Below the pieces are notes generated by a model that was given only the letters and a program-made list of their open reading frames with translations, was not told the DNA's origin and searched no databases. A stretch of DNA of 64,000 nucleotides from Eledone cirrhosa (taxonomy: Eukaryota): the NCBI GenBank assembly GCA_964016885.1, contig OZ024743.1, forward strand, positions 292,206,001 through 292,270,000, read 5' to 3'. Of this stretch, positions 13,060 to 26,988 are shown one piece after another; positions within the stretch are counted from its first letter, which is position 1, and every line of letters starts with the position of its first letter. Made by a program: the position numbers and the translations under genes.

Positions 13060-14022
13060 CATACACGTAACAAAAGCTGTACCTAATGTCTCAATGCCTA
13101 ATATTGACCATACTCCAGAATGTAAAAGAGATAAAAAACTGTGACCTAATCTTCAGGAACTTATATGAGTTTATAAGATACCGTTAAAAGTAAGGCGTGA
13201 TAAAACGCTAGTTTACGATTCACGTATTATAACGCCAAGGCGTAAATTTGAAATTTTGTTACCGTACAGGTGTTATAATTCGTGGGCTTTAGAAGCTATA
13301 TGATATTAAGTGGTGGTATGTTATATAGAGACGGTATTATCTATTTGGGTATGAAGTGGTGTAGTATAGAATATTTACAATATTATTTAGGTTTGGAAAA
13401 AGAAAGATAAGGAAAAGATATTATGATAATATGTAAATCAAATGGAGGTGATGGAAAATCAATCGAATGTGTTGAGTATTTCCATTCAGCAAGCTTTTGT
13501 GATGGAAACATCCTCTAAATATTTCGCTCCTTGTGTTCAAATAGTTACTCTTCTGGTAATGACAAAACTTGTAATGTTCTAAATTCCACAATAAGACAGA
13601 GACAACATAGCTTGCTAACATTGTTGTAATCACTGGATCTTTCACGCATCTTCTATGTAATCTTTGTTGGATTATTTTCACTTTTAATTGTCAGGCTTTT
13701 TTGCCAGGGCTGTATAAGATCTCATATCAGGATCCCTGAAAGTGTGGAGATGCATGTGAAAACGTTTCTTGAAAAAATCTTGCACTATACCATCGTATAT
13801 TTCTGTAACTTCAAAGTTTTCTGTGGTGTTTTGTGTAATCTTTGCCTCGTACACAACGGATTTCTTATTACATTTCTGTTGGAGAGGGCAGTTCTCTTTA
13901 ATCCTACAAGAGCAGCTTGGATTAAAATCGGGTATATTATTTGCAGTAATTTGATAACTCATAGACGGGCCACGGGAATAGGATATCTTGAAGTCATTGT
14001 GTTAAACGTTGTTCATTTATGA
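13060..14022 (-). pseudogene. Naiad-type PLE 3' fragment (GIY-YIG) with 3'UTR
   Basis: CSCRIKENCPL..C..KSVVYEA...IYDG....FKKRF..H...F, then CCLCL and LNTRSEIFRGCFH. Degenerate HHR-like motif at ~13075-13162. Confidence 0.8.
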
Positions 14023-14755
14023 AATATGTTTTTATTCCTTTATTTACGTATTATAACAAAAGTAAACAACTCATGATGTAAAAATTGAGATGTATATATT
14101 TGTGCCTGTGTGAGTGACGAGAGAGATTAAAAAGTACAAACATACAAAAACAGATATGCAATTATACAGTTATATTAGTGTTACTCTCGCTGAAAAAAGA
14201 AAATGAATGTCACAACGTAACGGACGATAATGCTTCATCAATAAGAGTATAATTAGGAGAAAGAGATTTATAACAGGATGCGTTAAATATATAGATATTT
14301 ATATGTGTGTGTGTATGTGTCTGTGTCTCTGTGTCTGTGTAAATTGATTTACATGTTTATTTTCCTTAGATTAAACATGTGAAAGGTTATATATTATTAT
14401 CTTAAACCAAACGGGAAATATTGTCGCTGGAATATTTCCAGTTTGGAATAAGATAATAATATATATCCTTTCACATGTTTAATCTAAGTAAAATATACAT
14501 ACATCTACCATACTATCGAAGCTACCTTATATCTTTATTTGTCTTACATCACTTATTCAGTTAATTTACATTATGTGGATGATCAAGAAATTACAGTGAA
14601 AATATTTTTCAAGTTTCAATATATTTATCTTAGAAATTTAAAAATCGTCCATAATCACACACAGTTATATATGTATACATATATACATAGACATACACGT
14701 ACACACACGCACACAAGCATACACACACACACTATATATATATATATATATATAT

Positions 14756-14811
<56 letters not shown>

Positions 14812-14978
14812 GTGTGTGTGTGTGTGTGTATGTGTGTACATCTTAGTTAAGTCTGTACAACAGTTACAGGCGTTGCGCCGTTCGAAGCACTCGATGATGT
14901 TACGAGATAGAGTGTTTATTTTGGGACCGACAATTTTCCAACATATCAGATATGCGTGCTTATATGTGACTTATCTGT

Positions 14979-15065
14979 CTTATCTGATGAGATGTCGAAC
15001 AAAAGTCGCGCCCCGTCACCTTGATTGTACCCTGAGCTGATTGATATCGAAACAATTGTAATATG
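14979..15065 (+). ncRNA. Type I hammerhead ribozyme with enlarged stem II, inside cassette ~14840-15112
   Basis: cttat-CTGATGA-GATGTC..46 nt..GATATC-GAAA-caattg-TA-atatg; palindromic stem III ACAATTGT; GUA site. Confidence 0.8.
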
Positions 15066-15113
15066 CTAATAAAATGTGTACATCAGATGCAACACTGACT
15101 TCGACACTTTTAA

Positions 15114-15173
<60 letters not shown>

Positions 15174-15177
<4 letters not shown>

Positions 15178-15582
15178 AAATAGGATTTTGCTTCAAGCAT
15201 AGCTTTATACAATATGTATAGATATTTCGTATCTCCAAGGAAATACGGTTTTAGGAAGCCGTAGCTATGCAAACACCGGAGAGCTAACGCCCTCTGGTGA
15301 TGTCCAGCAGAAGCAAGGGGGACAACCGTCTATGCATTTCAGGCTTAACTGGCCTTCGCCAGGACGGTCCCTCCCACCACTTGCGACTGCTGGACTAGAA
15401 GACAGGCGAGAATATATAATTTTCTCGTCTGTGTAAATGAGCTGATTAATCTCATGTGCATATGAAGCTGCTGCTGGACATCACCAGAGGGCGTTAGCCA
15501 ACCCCCCCCCCCCCCCCCCGGTGTTTGCATAACTACGGCTTCCTAAAACCGTATTTCCTTGGAGATACGAAATATTTATACA
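15174..15582. mobile_element. Inverted-repeat cassette in (TA)n
   Basis: ~15213-15314 is the reverse complement of ~15467-15582 apart from a C-run insertion; (TA)n on both sides. Confidence 0.75.
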
Positions 15583-15601
15583 TATATATATATATATATA
15601 C

Positions 15602-15730
<129 letters not shown>

Positions 15731-15980
15731 TTTATTTATATATATATATATAATAATTTGTGTGAGACACGTTGGCTGAGTCTTTTGACGGGAACGAAAA
15801 GGTATGTTTTCTATTCTCCGGCAACCACGTAAAATGTGTAAATCGGTGGCTAGTCGAGGGACAGAGTTGTATCGGGTTCCAATTTCTAATCGCTTTACCG
15901 TGTCGGTGCCACAAGCAGTCATGACCAGCATGGGCTGGGGTTTGGATTATGTCGATCGATTGGTTATTGATTAGCCGATA

Positions 15981-16092
15981 CCTGCTGATGAAGACGCATA
16001 AGCCGATTATGCATTGTTGCATAATATATGCACGACGGAGGGTGCAGTGCAACTTACTGCTGCATTAAGTGCGGCCGAAACTGAAGTCCAGG
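15981..16092 (+). ncRNA. Type I hammerhead ribozyme with ~85-nt stem II domain, inside cassette ~15757-16238
   Basis: cctg-CTGATGA-agacgca...tgcggcc-GAAA-ct ga ag-TC-cagg; GUC site; the base of stem II has two mismatches. Confidence 0.7.
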
Positions 16093-16236
16093 AACTATTA
16101 TATGCACCCGTTTTACGTGTGTTTTATTGAAGCGAATAATTATGTGTATACTCTGGGAATGTATCTTACATTGCCCATTGAGTACGCTGAGATACAACCG
16201 GTCCTGGCATCGATAAATATAGTGGGTCCATCAACT

Positions 16237-16312
<76 letters not shown>

Positions 16313-16389
16313 TGATATCTTGGCGCAGGAACGGAGGTAAAAGCTTCATTGAAATCCAAGATTCTTTTTTTCAAGCCTCCAGGACAGTG

Positions 16390-16950
16390 AGTTAACTTCG
16401 GTTCCGACAGATCCTCTGGTACCCAACTTTACAGGGAAAAACGAAGCTCCTTTCCGCTGATTTCAGAGTTTTACAAGCACACATTACTTTCTGAATTTCC
16501 TGTTGAATACATAATCGATGTATTCCAAGAGACAGTAAGCTCCACCAACTTTACCACCTTCCCTTCCTTGCACCACAAGTCGAGATCGTGTCTATTGGTG
16601 GTAAACATTGGGAAGTTGTATTCGTTGTTCAAGTCATCTGAGATCTCTCAAATCATCTTCCATTTCGGGTTTGCCATTATCCAGTGGCTAGTTGGTAATG
16701 CTCTCATTCTTAATAAAATTTCGTCCTGCACTTCTACACAACTTGTAGTTTATTGTCATAGTTCATCGACTACCCCTTCTCTTCAACTGCACCAGCCAAT
16801 ACTCTAAGCAGCTAGTTATGAAACCTTGTATATATTCAGGCTTCATGGGCAAGTGGACAGCATGTGCATCAACGTTCCAGCCTTCCTACATTTGTACAGG
16901 TCACTTTCTTCTACTTTCCAACTTTCTTTCAATCCAATCTTCCGCTCCAC
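16390..16950 (-). pseudogene. HERO/NeSL-like RLE non-LTR retrotransposon C-terminal remnant
   Basis: Manual minus-strand translation gives KCRKAGTLMHMLSTCP (CCHC knuckle), FTTNRHDLDLW...KLVELTVSWN (RPD..ELTVPW-like) and FPVKLGTRGSV (PVEVGxRGF-like). Confidence 0.65.
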
Positions 16951-17351
16951 CCCAAACTTATCCCAAGAGACACATTGTCATTGTTTTCTACATTGCAGAA
17001 AGGCCGTATAGTCATTTCTCACTTCCCCGCACATTCGTACATTACCTCGTAAACTACAGCAACCTTTTTCCCCTTCTGATTCATGTCGTTGTTTGTTCAG
17101 AAATGGAAATTTCCAAGCCTATTTTTATTGCTCTCTGTGACACCTACTGTAATTTCATCTCGTAGACAAGCCAGGGAGTTTTTTCCAGTCATGAGGCCTG
17201 AGGGTGGAATGGTTTAAAAATCATTTATTTGCATGGTCCAGCGTCAGCACGTTCTATCCCCTGCCATTCTAGATATCTTTGACTATTGAAGGGATAGGTA
17301 ATTCTATGAGACTACAATACTTGTGCAGGCGTTTCATATTCATATACACTA

Positions 17352-17419
<68 letters not shown>

Positions 17420-18283
17420 GTCCTAGGTTCAATCGGGGGGGGGGGGGACCACAGTAAGTAAGGAAACGCTTTGTATTGGACACGCTTTGGAAACGCTTTG
17501 TATTGGACAACGTTTGTCTTGCACTATTACTGCGCGTCTCATCACGTATACTGACAGCACTTGAGGTGAATATAAACGTCACTTTGTGTTTGTAGCAAAG
17601 ACTAATCAAAGTGACTTCAATACCTATTCTAAAAAGATAAAGGGAACTTCGATAGTTTCGAGAATAAATGTTTCAGTTTCCAGTCATCAAAAAGAAATAC
17701 GTGTTGAATTAATATATAAGTGGCTGAGTATTCCTTAGATATTTCTACCCTTAATGTATGTCTCATGTAGATCCAGCATGACACAATACGCGACGAGACT
17801 GGTGCGTTGAATTACAGGCGCACCTATGGGCTTTCAGTTTCGATCTAGTCAAATTCACTTACAAAGTTTGAATCGTCTCAAGATAATGATAAACCACGCT
17901 TGTTTAGGATGCCACTGAGTGAGACCAAACCCCAAAACTAATGATTGTGAAGCAAAAATTTTAACTATCGAAGCATTATGCGTCTAATCTAGACTTGAGA
18001 AATTAAATATTTAAACGAAGGAGCCTCAACATGGTTGCAGAACCTGCTAGGTATGGCAGCCAAACCTTCCGTATTTTATATATCTTACCGTTCTAAAATA
18101 TGGACGGATACATTTTCTTTTAAATTTTCTGTTCTATTTTTATTTTTTATTTTTATTTATTTTATTTATTTATTTATTATTTTTATTTTTTTGCTGTTTA
18201 ATCATAAAGAATACAATAACCATGATAATTTTCCGTACCTGTGAGACTGGGTCGTGAAGAAAGAAAGTCATTATCATATTGGA

Positions 18284-18473
18284 GGGCGGTAGATTGGCAG
18301 TATCGGTAGAGAGTCGGACGCCATGCTTTCCAGCATAGTTACATCCCTTTAAGATCTGAGTTCAAATCCCGCCGAGGTTGACTTTGCCTTTCATCCTTAC
18401 GGGGTCGATAAAGTAAAGTACCAGTAATGCACTGGGTAATTGCTGGCCTTGTGCCTAAAGTAGAAACAATTAT
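18284..18473 (+). mobile_element. tRNA-derived SINE with TSD
   Basis: A box tggcagtatcgg, B box gagttcaaatccc, central gcctttcatcc..ggggtcgataaa..agtacc (Meta/Sauria-like domain); TSD attatcatattggag at 18270-18284 and 18469-18483. Confidence 0.9.
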
Positions 18474-20105
18474 CATATTGGAGAATGTGGTCATGGTCCT
18501 ATGCTTACAACTGAAAGGACTCCGATAAATGCATCCAAGGGTCGACTACTGATGATGTTAATCTAGATGACGGATTAATTCATTCAAGTAATGACAGTAA
18601 AATGTGAACTCAGAAACCAAATGTTCGAAATAAATATTACTAGACTTTTTCCGATTTCAAACACCGCCACTGTGCAATAAGATAAGGACCAGTCAAGTAC
18701 TGGGCTTGATATAATCGACTCTAATTGCAGCCCCACATATTTGACTTGGTGTCTTAATTAGAAGCCATTATAGTGAAACAAAACCGATATACATATAACC
18801 CATTCTGATTTGAACACAAATCCTAGTCCTTAGCTAAATACTAAAACGCATATATTTCCCTGTTCCTCTGTATATTGCTACTGTTATTACATTCCAGTTC
18901 TCAGCAATGCTGATTCTGGAAAATTGTTTCAATAGCTAAACTTTCTTTCTTATTAATTTATATCTATATTTGACTTAATTTTGTTTTTATTAAGATTTTT
19001 CTTTTTCAAAACAAATTTATCAATAAGACCAATTTCAATTAAAGCGACATCATAGACCTTATGTATGTTTTAATGAGATTTATCAATCAACTATTCTAAT
19101 AAATATTTCAATTAAATACACAAAATCCACAATGTCTTCTCGTTTTTTATTAAAAATTTTCAATTAAATATTTTGATAAACAAGAATTTATTTTGTACAT
19201 TCAAATATATTAATGTACGAAATAAATTAATAAAAATATCTATGTATAATGTTTAAACACGAGTTGTCTGTCATCAAATACATTTCATAAGAATCAACTG
19301 AAGTATGTAATATATGTATGATACGTGTTAGTGGTAAATGTCGAATTGATTCTAGTTTTAGTGTGTGAATATCACAAGTAAAGAAACATTTATGTCGATA
19401 AATGTAGCGTGTCCCACCAGAAATTGGCCGTGCGAAGCCAATTTTTAAAAGGATGAGGAGACATAGATAGCGCTTACCTAATGGGTGAGTGCTTGACCAA
19501 AACATACAGCCTGCTATTTTAATTGCCCCCCTGGGGGGTTTCGGTTTCTTTCATCTGTTATATCATATCTTCATACTTCAGTCTCTTTCATTTGTTATAT
19601 CATATCTCCATTACACCCCCACTCCCCACCCACCCCCCAAAAAACATTAAAAAAATAATTCATGTTAAAACATCTGAATCTAATGTGTGTCACAAATAGA
19701 TAACAGCAAGGATTGTTTGGGTTCACAATATCCTTGCTATCTCGGATGTACCCACAACCCACAATACAGCCAGTCAGTTCGTCTTAGACAATATCAACCA
19801 CATTTCACCTTCAAGAGCACTCACTAATCTTTCCTCCAAAGCCATTTCGCCTGCCTTCGGACTGTCTCCCAACCAAACATACACGCCTCGTTGAATAGGG
19901 CTCTCGCTCCGATGACCTTCACCTTTCTCTACGATGTGAATATCATTTGCTCTGAAAACAAGTCACTCAACTAGGACTCCACGCGTGTTAACGCATTCTC
20001 TGGGAACAAAGTTATCCACGTATGAAAACAGAAATTGAAGTACGAGTTATTGAGAGTTTACGTTTCTAGCCGATCAGTGTTGAAACTCCACACATTTACA
20101 AACGC

Positions 20106-20288
20106 ATAATTGTTTCTACATTAGAGACAAGGCCAGAATTTTGAAGAGTGTTGGGAGTTCATTAAATCAACACCAGTTAAGAATGAAAAGCAAAGCTAAC
20201 CTCGGCAGCATTTGAACTCAGCATGTTAAGAGCCGTAACTCTATGCCATGAAGCACGTTGTCTGTTACTCTACCGATTCTGCCAAAAC
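20106..20288 (-). mobile_element. SINE, diverged copy
   Basis: Reverse-complement similarity to 18284-18473. Confidence 0.75.
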
Positions 20289-20397
20289 CCACTTAGAGTC
20301 TCAAGGAATAACTGCACTCACCAACATCTCTAGAGCCAGTAAGATAACCCTACCTGGTTGCATGACCTGCTAGAAATAGCAGCCATGTCAATTATGA

Positions 20398-20611
20398 ATA
20401 ATTGTTTCTACTTTAAGCACGAGACCAACAATTTGAAGGGGGGTCGATTAAATCTAAACCAGAGCATTATTGGTGCGTTATCTTATCAACTCCGTAAGGA
20501 TGAAAGGCAAAGCTAACCTCGGCGGATTTGAACTCAGAACGCATAGGGTCGTAACTCTATGCTGCAAAGCATGATGTCCGACGCTCCACCGATTCTCCTA
20601 ATCCACCGCCC
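20398..20611 (-). mobile_element. SINE
   Basis: Same family as 18284-18473. Confidence 0.85.
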
Positions 20612-21378
20612 TTATAAAGAATAAACTATTGTCTTATCTGGAGGACACAGATAAAATCATGTATACCCTCACAACCTAAATATGGGACTGTCAAGACCGT
20701 TGACCAGGGTCTAAACAACGACAGCCACAAATCTACGGAATCTTTAAAATGGGCAGAATTCTCGCAATTTTGATGTAAAAATGTTCAGAGGAAATAACAT
20801 GAAAAATCCAATTACCATCATAAGCACTTTCAAACATTTTGAAACATTTTTTTCTTTTATACAAATAACCCAACACGGAGCCAGACCATTATATAACCAC
20901 TAAAGCTCACAGGAAGCTAACGCATAAACAGCGGTACCAAACGATTAACTGACATGTTGAAATAATTAAATGGACCACTGTCGGTTTCCAGTTATTTGAA
21001 GAACAGATAGACATATTCGTTAATTTGGCGTGTAGGTGATTGAGTATTTCACAGACACGTGCAATATTAATATAATTTTTAATAAGATTCTGCATAACTG
21101 ATGATGTGACAAAACATTCCCTTTGAATTACAAATACAGTCCATTCGATAGGCTTGTAAACAGCTTCAGGCGACAAACGTTCATTGATAAAGTTAGGATC
21201 TAGACAAGATTATTGCAAAAGACGGGAGATACTGTGCTCGAATCCAAAACCTCATGATTGTAATGCGAATTTTTTAACCATTCGACAACACTCAATCTTA
21301 TATTGGAAAGCTCCTTAAACAATATACTGGCTAGTAAACTACTTGTCAGAAATACAAAACCTATTCACATACACACAT

Positions 21379-21481
<103 letters not shown>

Positions 21482-22233
21482 TTTTATCCTTTACGCTCTT
21501 TCCTTCATTCTCTACACGTTACAGTCTTATACACGCCACGCATCTCAACGTACACCCACTTACATCTCTCTCTTCACCACCGGATCTTGTTACCCGCAGA
21601 TTTACCCATCTGCATTGTCGAGGCTTCCAAACGACTTAAAGAGTAAACATTTTTCTTTGGACACCGCTGGCATTATAGCACCTCCACTCTGGCAAACAGA
21701 ATTCGCATGCATCTCCCCTTTATGTATGCATATTATCTCCAAACCCAGGCGCGCATAAATACATTTTTCACCAACGTTTCTACTCAGAATATCATCCATT
21801 TAGAATTTACTACGACTGGTAAATTGTTACACAAACTGCATAGATTCCACCCCCTTTGAAATACATGGGCACAGCCTTTTCTTCCTGACCAATTCATAAA
21901 AGCACAGAAAAATCTCAAATGCAAAGAACCATGACATCCATCGACAAAACCATACTGCAAACACTGAGGACTAAAATATAATTTACATATACCATCTTTA
22001 AAATATTCCCAACAAAGCTAGAGGTTATATCAGGGATAGCAAAACAGCGAATACACATTATTCACGTATATTGGGATAGTCAAATAGAAAGAAACAATAG
22101 CTGTGTGCAGATAATACTTTAGATATATCATGGATGATACCATTCCTGTCAGGCCTTTCAATATTTTCGCAACTAACCCAAACAAATTCCAAAGAAGAAA
22201 AAGCAATGCAATTCGCATTATTACTGATTACAA

Positions 22234-22450
22234 GGGCGGCAGGTAGGCAGTATCGGTAGAGCGCCGGACAAATTGAGTTGCGGCATACGGTTACGTCCCT
22301 TTACGTTCTGAGTTCAAATGCCGCTGGGTTAGCTTTCATCCTTACAGTGTCGAAACATAAAGAACCAGTAATGCACTTGAATCGATTTAATCGACTTTCA
22401 TCTCCCCCCAAAAAATTGATAGCCTTGTCCCTAAATCAGAAACCATTATT
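22234..22450 (+). mobile_element. SINE, diverged copy
   Basis: ggcagtatcggtagag...ctgagttcaaat... Confidence 0.8.
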
Positions 22451-24488
22451 GCAGATTAGGTACGTCTTGTAATCATAGAATATGTGTCTAATGAAACAAA
22501 TTATGAAAATATAAAACCACATGGATATGAAATAGGTAAAGTTTGTTGCTATAGCAAACCCCAATTCAGTCATTAACTGTTCAAGTAAAATCGCCAACAA
22601 TATCTAACCATATCTACAAATGCGTGAAACACTATTATAAAAGCATTCAGAAATATTATCTCATTCCACCCAGATATATACAAAAAGGCATATGTATACC
22701 GTAGGAGCTTAAATATCCTCAGAAATTTGATCTGAGACAAACTCCACCAATGTGGAACAAGAGTTAACGAGAGTTATTACGTGCCCGATCGGCATTCTAA
22801 AAATAGCTAACTCTACCTCAAACCACATGCATGTCTGAAAAGAAAAACACGAACAAACGTTGTGGACGATGATATGATCGATATAATGTTTTAAGTGGCC
22901 GAGTACCGCACAGACACGTTTGCTTTCAACGTCATTGTCAAATGGGATCAGCAAGACATTACATGACACAGCTGGACCTTTCAAATTATAGGTTGTTTAT
23001 CCGACGAGTTTCCGTACAGTTCCGTCGATCCATATCGCTCACAATGTTGGATCAATCCGAATACATTTGTCCGGGATATAAGATAGAATCCGAGACGTTA
23101 TGATTATGAAGTGATTTTCTTATATAATCTGCCACGCACGTGCTGACTTACCAGTGATCGATTTTTTACATTATCAGAGCTAGCCTGAGGCTATACAACA
23201 GCAGACATAGCCAGTGTGAATTAGAAATGAGATTTTGTAGCTTTCATTCTTTTAGACAAGCACGGGCCTTGGCATAGTTGATGAGGTAACAGCGTTTTAA
23301 ATCTGAATCACCAATTGATCCAAATTCAACAGGAGGACAGCATGCCGTTTTCTCATCAGTACACCCCTACATTAGCGTAGCTAATAAATGCTTCGATTTC
23401 TATTCTTTTTTTGTATTTTATCTTGATTTTATCTTGATTTGCTTACAAGTATCTCGGAAATACAACTGTGCCATTTAAGATTTTCATTCGCTAAAAGCAT
23501 GTATAATCATAGGTCTGGCAATTTCAATAAAAGCTTTTAGCTCTTCCTTATATATTCTGTTTTTACTTTTTCATGATACAAACAATGTAGGATTTAATTA
23601 AAATAGCTCAGATGGAAGAAGTAAAAGTGTTACTAAAAGTGTACTAGACACTCTTCTCGTTAGAATAAATGTCAGTGAAGATTTTGTATCTGCAAAATCC
23701 AAATTCTATCCGGTATCTACAAAAGGCCAAATACTATTTAATATATCATTATTTTTTTTTTTTCAGGAAACATTTTAGGCTATCAGAAATTATACGAAGT
23801 AGTGTTGATTCTTGAGTGTATTTACTATCGAGAGATTTCGGTTTAATGAACAATGCATTACAGAGTAACCAGCAAATTTTACATGTATTGAAGAATTGAT
23901 AGTATGATAGTATTGCTTTAAAGAAAAGAGTAATTACCTTGTGTTCGTAATGTTTTGTTTCCTTATTTATAACGTAGTAAAAGTTATACTGGCATTAAAC
24001 ACTTTGGTAGAATGTTATGTTTCAGAATTTCTATCAGCATCATTTCACTGTGATGTACCGTATTCTTCCGTGTGAATACCACGCATTAATTTTTTTTTTC
24101 ACTTTTTTTCTTGTGTCTTTTGGAGATGCGCAGTATACACCCTACCTAAAAGTTTCCTAGTTTAACTAAGCTTTTCCAGACATTGTTTTCCGTTCAATAA
24201 CACTGATGGCCATTTAGGGCGTCCAAAACCAGTGGGAGGGAGAAGTGAATTTATTGTTTCAACCAAGCTCTAGACTAAATAATTCCAAGTAAACGGACAC
24301 TATGACCAGCTGGTTGTGTTCAATAAGTTGGTTGCCCACAGACAAGATTTTGACTCAGAATATATAGAACCTGAATAAATAGAGCAACGCAACGTAACTG
24401 GTTCCCTAACAATTCTGCCAATTCATCACTGTGGACATTGGTAATTTATTTTTCCGAAGCTAAAAGCATGAGAGGCAAAGTTGAATAT

Positions 24489-24790
24489 CTTCTTCTTCTT
24501 CTTCTTCCACCACTATTCCTGAGAGAGTCGTGGGGGAAGATTCCTCAAACACTCCTTCCAGCAGGTCCTGTCAAATGCAACTGTCTCTAACTGAGCCGGC
24601 TGGATCCCCAAGCGTGACCAGCCAAGCTCATGGATGTTATCCAACCATATTGCTCGAGGTCTATACCTGGGTCTCTTTCTGGTTGGTTTTGCCCGTAAAA
24701 TCTGTTCAGCGATTATTTCCTGTGACATTCTCACCACCTGCCTATAGTTTCGGAACTGTGATCTATCAATTCGCAGAACTATATATTTTT
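24489..24790 (-). mobile_element. RTE-clade (Rex3/Expander-like) LINE 3' fragment with (GAA)n tail
   Basis: VRMSQE...KRPRYRPRAIW...LGWSRLGI..LE.VA.DR..W...L..LPPR; lies against a degenerate SINE at ~24300-24485. Confidence 0.8.
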
Positions 24791-26398
24791 GCCCGTTTCA
24801 AGTTGCAGCAGAGAGCAGGCGAAACATTGCACTGATGATGACAGTTGTGCTCTGCTCTTCTGCTGGAATCCGCTAGACAGCGGCAGCCTTTCAATATTCA
24901 TAGATAGGCATTCCAAATGTTTATTTATTAAAAATACCATATATCATAAAATATACGAAATTCACATGCATGTATGTATCCTTTCCATTCTGAGTACACA
25001 TCCCACTGGGGGCAACTTTACGTTTCATCCTTCTAGGGTCGAAAAATGAAGTAACAGTCCTCGTCAATATTATCGAATATTTTCTCTCCCACAGATGGTC
25101 CTCTGTATAATTAGAAACCTTTATTTGAGAATACATACGTTAAAAGCACGGTGTTGTTAACATTTCATTTAAAATTAAGTAGTGGTGGGCAAAATTTTCA
25201 CAGTTTAAATCTCAGCGGTTTCATACAACCTCGTTCGATACACATAAATACCACTTATATACTGAGGTCAGTTTTAACGACTATACATTCGAGGTGTATT
25301 CGGCTTATTCCTACACAGAAATTCAGTATTCTCTTTTATACATAAATATCAATTTAAATAGTAATACATGAATTGTTCAGTTAAATTTCGTACTGGTGAC
25401 GATACTGCAGCAGGAAAACAGACATATAAGAACTACAGACGTCATAATTATTTCAGTTTAAGTGTCATAAGACATTTGATTAAATATTTTGAAGATACAT
25501 AACGTCATCATGAAAACCATTCATAAAGATTACCATTATTTTTAAATTACATAATTCCTGTTTTCAATGACTCAAGAGAAATATTACATATGTTAATATC
25601 TTCTGGGAAATATAATTATCTTATTACATTTACCGTAGACTGTCCTCCTAAATCGAAGCATTATAAATATATAAATACTGTTGCTTAATGATGGTTGTGT
25701 AGGTATTGCAAGTAACAGATTAAGAAAATTAATGAGAAATGAATTCAGCTACGTCTGAATTTACATATAATTCATGATTTAGAACTCCATGTGGTGTATA
25801 TATTAAAAGAAACAGGTTAGATTAAATATACATGAAATATAGTGTATTGTCGCTTTGATTTACTGCAAATTATTTTCAGTTTATTAATTACTTCATTGTT
25901 GTTCATTTTTCTGTTTAACATAGTTTAAAATTGTACCACCCGATTAAACACTATCTGTTCCTTGGGTACATTTAACAGCATCTGAGTCTTGTAAGTATTC
26001 TGAAAGGTCTACGTTTTGAGGATACCTCCCCCATTCTCTACATATCACCTGTTTTGGTGACCCTGAAAATCATTTATAGGTTCCCCTCCACACCATGACG
26101 AAACAGGGCAAACCACGTTGCTGTTGTTCATGTCAGCCCAGAAATAGCGGACATGTGATGAAAAAATCCAGCCGTAAGCATTCTTTAAACAGGCTGTCAA
26201 CCACTACATCATGTAAGGTATCTTTCCATTTCTTAAAATAGAATGAAAGCAATATGATAAAGATTTGGGTTGTTTTCAGAATTAATAGAATGGCCACAAT
26301 CAGGTATCCTCGCAAGTTGGGTTGTAACTTACATTGTTGTGCTACAAAGTGAAGGATGTCTTTGCAATCTCCTCAGTAATAATTATACAGCATTAAAT

Positions 26399-26451
26399 AG
26401 AAGAAGAAGAAGAAGAAGAAGAAGAAGAAGAAGAAGAAGAAGAAGAAGAAG

Positions 26452-26498
<47 letters not shown>

Positions 26499-26500
26499 CC

Positions 26501-26546
<46 letters not shown>
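26399..26546 (+). repeat. Compound microsatellite (AAG)n(AAC)n
   Basis: Direct reading. Confidence 0.95.
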
Positions 26547-26547
<1 letters not shown>

Positions 26548-26779
26548 TAACTCTAACAACTACAACAAAGAGATGGGGTCTTTTCGTGGTCGATTGACAT
26601 TCTAGAAATATCAGCCAAAATGTCCCTGAAATATACTCACCCTCTTAGAAATCTAAACTAAATATGTCTTTATCTCTCTCAATCTCTCTCTCTTGTTCTT
26701 GGAAGGCTAGGATAAATGAAAAGACGAGTGAGTCAGGTCTAACGAAAGTAGAGAACGCCCTCCATAATATTTGTAAAAA

Positions 26780-26988
26780 ATGATTTCTAGTATAGACACA
26801 AGGCCAGTAATTTGGAGGGAGTGAAAAATCTATAAAACGACCCCAGTACGTTATTGGTGCTTTATTTTATCGACTCCGTAAGGATGGAAGGCAAAGTTAA
26901 CCTCGGCGGGATTTGAACTCAGACCGTAAAGGACCGTAACTCTATGCTGCAAAGCGTGGTGTCCGACTCTGTACCGATACTGCCAATC
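26780..26988 (-). mobile_element. SINE
   Basis: Same family as 18284-18473. Confidence 0.85.

Noticed and set aside
18284-18375. tRNA gene
   Set aside because: A and B boxes belong to a SINE head with a conserved body and TSD; no complete cloverleaf.
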